DNA of 64,000 nucleotides from Octopus sinensis. Lineage: Eukaryota. Of the stretch, positions 63,016 through 64,000 are shown piece by piece. Each line of letters starts with the position of its first letter. Position 1 is the first letter of the stretch. The notes under the pieces were generated by a model. That model did no database searches. It had not been told where the DNA came from and saw only the letters and a list, made by a program, of their open reading frames with translations. Made by a program: the position numbers and the translations under genes. Where the stretch lies: NCBI RefSeq assembly GCF_006345805.1, contig NC_043024.1:16678001-16742000 (forward strand). Direction: 5' to 3'.

Positions 63016-63949
63016 TTCAAATTCACCTTACCCTAATTAAATTATTCTAAATGACTTGAGATACTCGTTCTGTCTTGGTTTTGATTTTCCTCTAATATAA
63101 TCATCATCATCATCATCATCATAAATGAATGTGTGTGTGGCTTTGTGTCTGTCTTTATCCCCCCCCCCCCCCACCGCTTGTCAACTGGTATTCATGTGCT
63201 TATAGTTTGGTAAAGAAACTGATAGAATATGTACCAGGCTTACTGAAAAAGAAAAAAATAAGTTCTGGGGTCGATTCCTTTGACTGAAAAATTCTTCAAG
63301 ACCCCAGCATGGCCATAGTCTTATAACAGAAACAAGAGATCAGAGATGAAAGATATACAATACAAGGCGATGGCACCTTTTTAATGATGCTTGGATAACA
63401 TCAAGAATATTTGACTGCAGATTCTAGCTGTCTTGACGTTCGTTTAAAGCAGGAGTTCTCAACCATTTCTCATCTACAGGCCCCTTTTATTACCACTTTA
63501 TTCTGGTGGGTCCCTATAGCCATTCAATGTTTAAAAACTAGTTTTATACATAGTTCTTTCAAAATTCCTATTTTGGTTTTTTTCACACATAACTTGTGTC
63601 GGTTGAATTATGTAAAATGTTAGAGAAAGAAGCCTAGTTGTTTCTTGCAATACATAACCAACACGTACATCTAAATTAGGGGTTCTCAACCATTTTTTTC
63701 TATGAACCCTGTTTGATTACTATTTTTTCAGGGGGCCCTTAAAATACTGCTGTAGGTCCCCAATTTACTATTTTGCTTGCTTGGACTCCTTTGATTACTA
63801 TTTCATTCTGGTGGACCCCTTTCATCATTTTATATTTAAAAACTAGTTTTATAGAAAATGCTTTTCAAATTCCTATTTTGTTTTTCACACATTAACTTGT
63901 GTCAGTTGAACTATGGAAAATGTTAGAGAAAGAAACCTGGCTGTTTCAT

Positions 63950-63986
<37 letters not shown>

Positions 63987-64000
63987 TGTGTCATGGCACG

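Overview
AT-rich, microsatellite-dense animal DNA, probably an octopod (inferred from its tRNA-derived SINE families, Penelope-like elements and (TA)n/(TATG)n density). No complete host gene is recognisable; two short minus-strand exon candidates lie at ~50.9 and ~54.4 kb. Almost all ORFs in the track are microsatellite or repeat artefacts. Real coding remnants: a 5'-truncated but unbroken Penelope-like element (PLE; RT C-terminus + GIY-YIG, 3933-5591), a second PLE GIY-YIG fragment (22.5 kb), an RTE LINE with three C-terminal C2H2 fingers (46.9-48.1 kb), and decayed Tc1/mariner, CR1/L2 and L1/Tx1 pieces. Non-autonomous Helitrons, hAT, piggyBac and Tc1 MITEs and many SINEs fill the rest. Main discovery, found by hand-pairing: about 14 type-I hammerhead ribozyme (HHR) motifs (CUGAnGA...GAAAC...GUH, mostly with palindromic stem III), on both strands, with unrelated flanks, many abutting (TA)n tracts. 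The best are at 11719-11784, 27659-27743, 3268-3377, 45824-45932 and 62940-63015. One sits between 130-bp inverted arms whose boundary is exactly the predicted cleavage site. Together they suggest a diverse, microsatellite-associated PLE/retrozyme-like self-cleaving RNA system. All folds were done by eye and all family names are from memory; no search or folding program was run.
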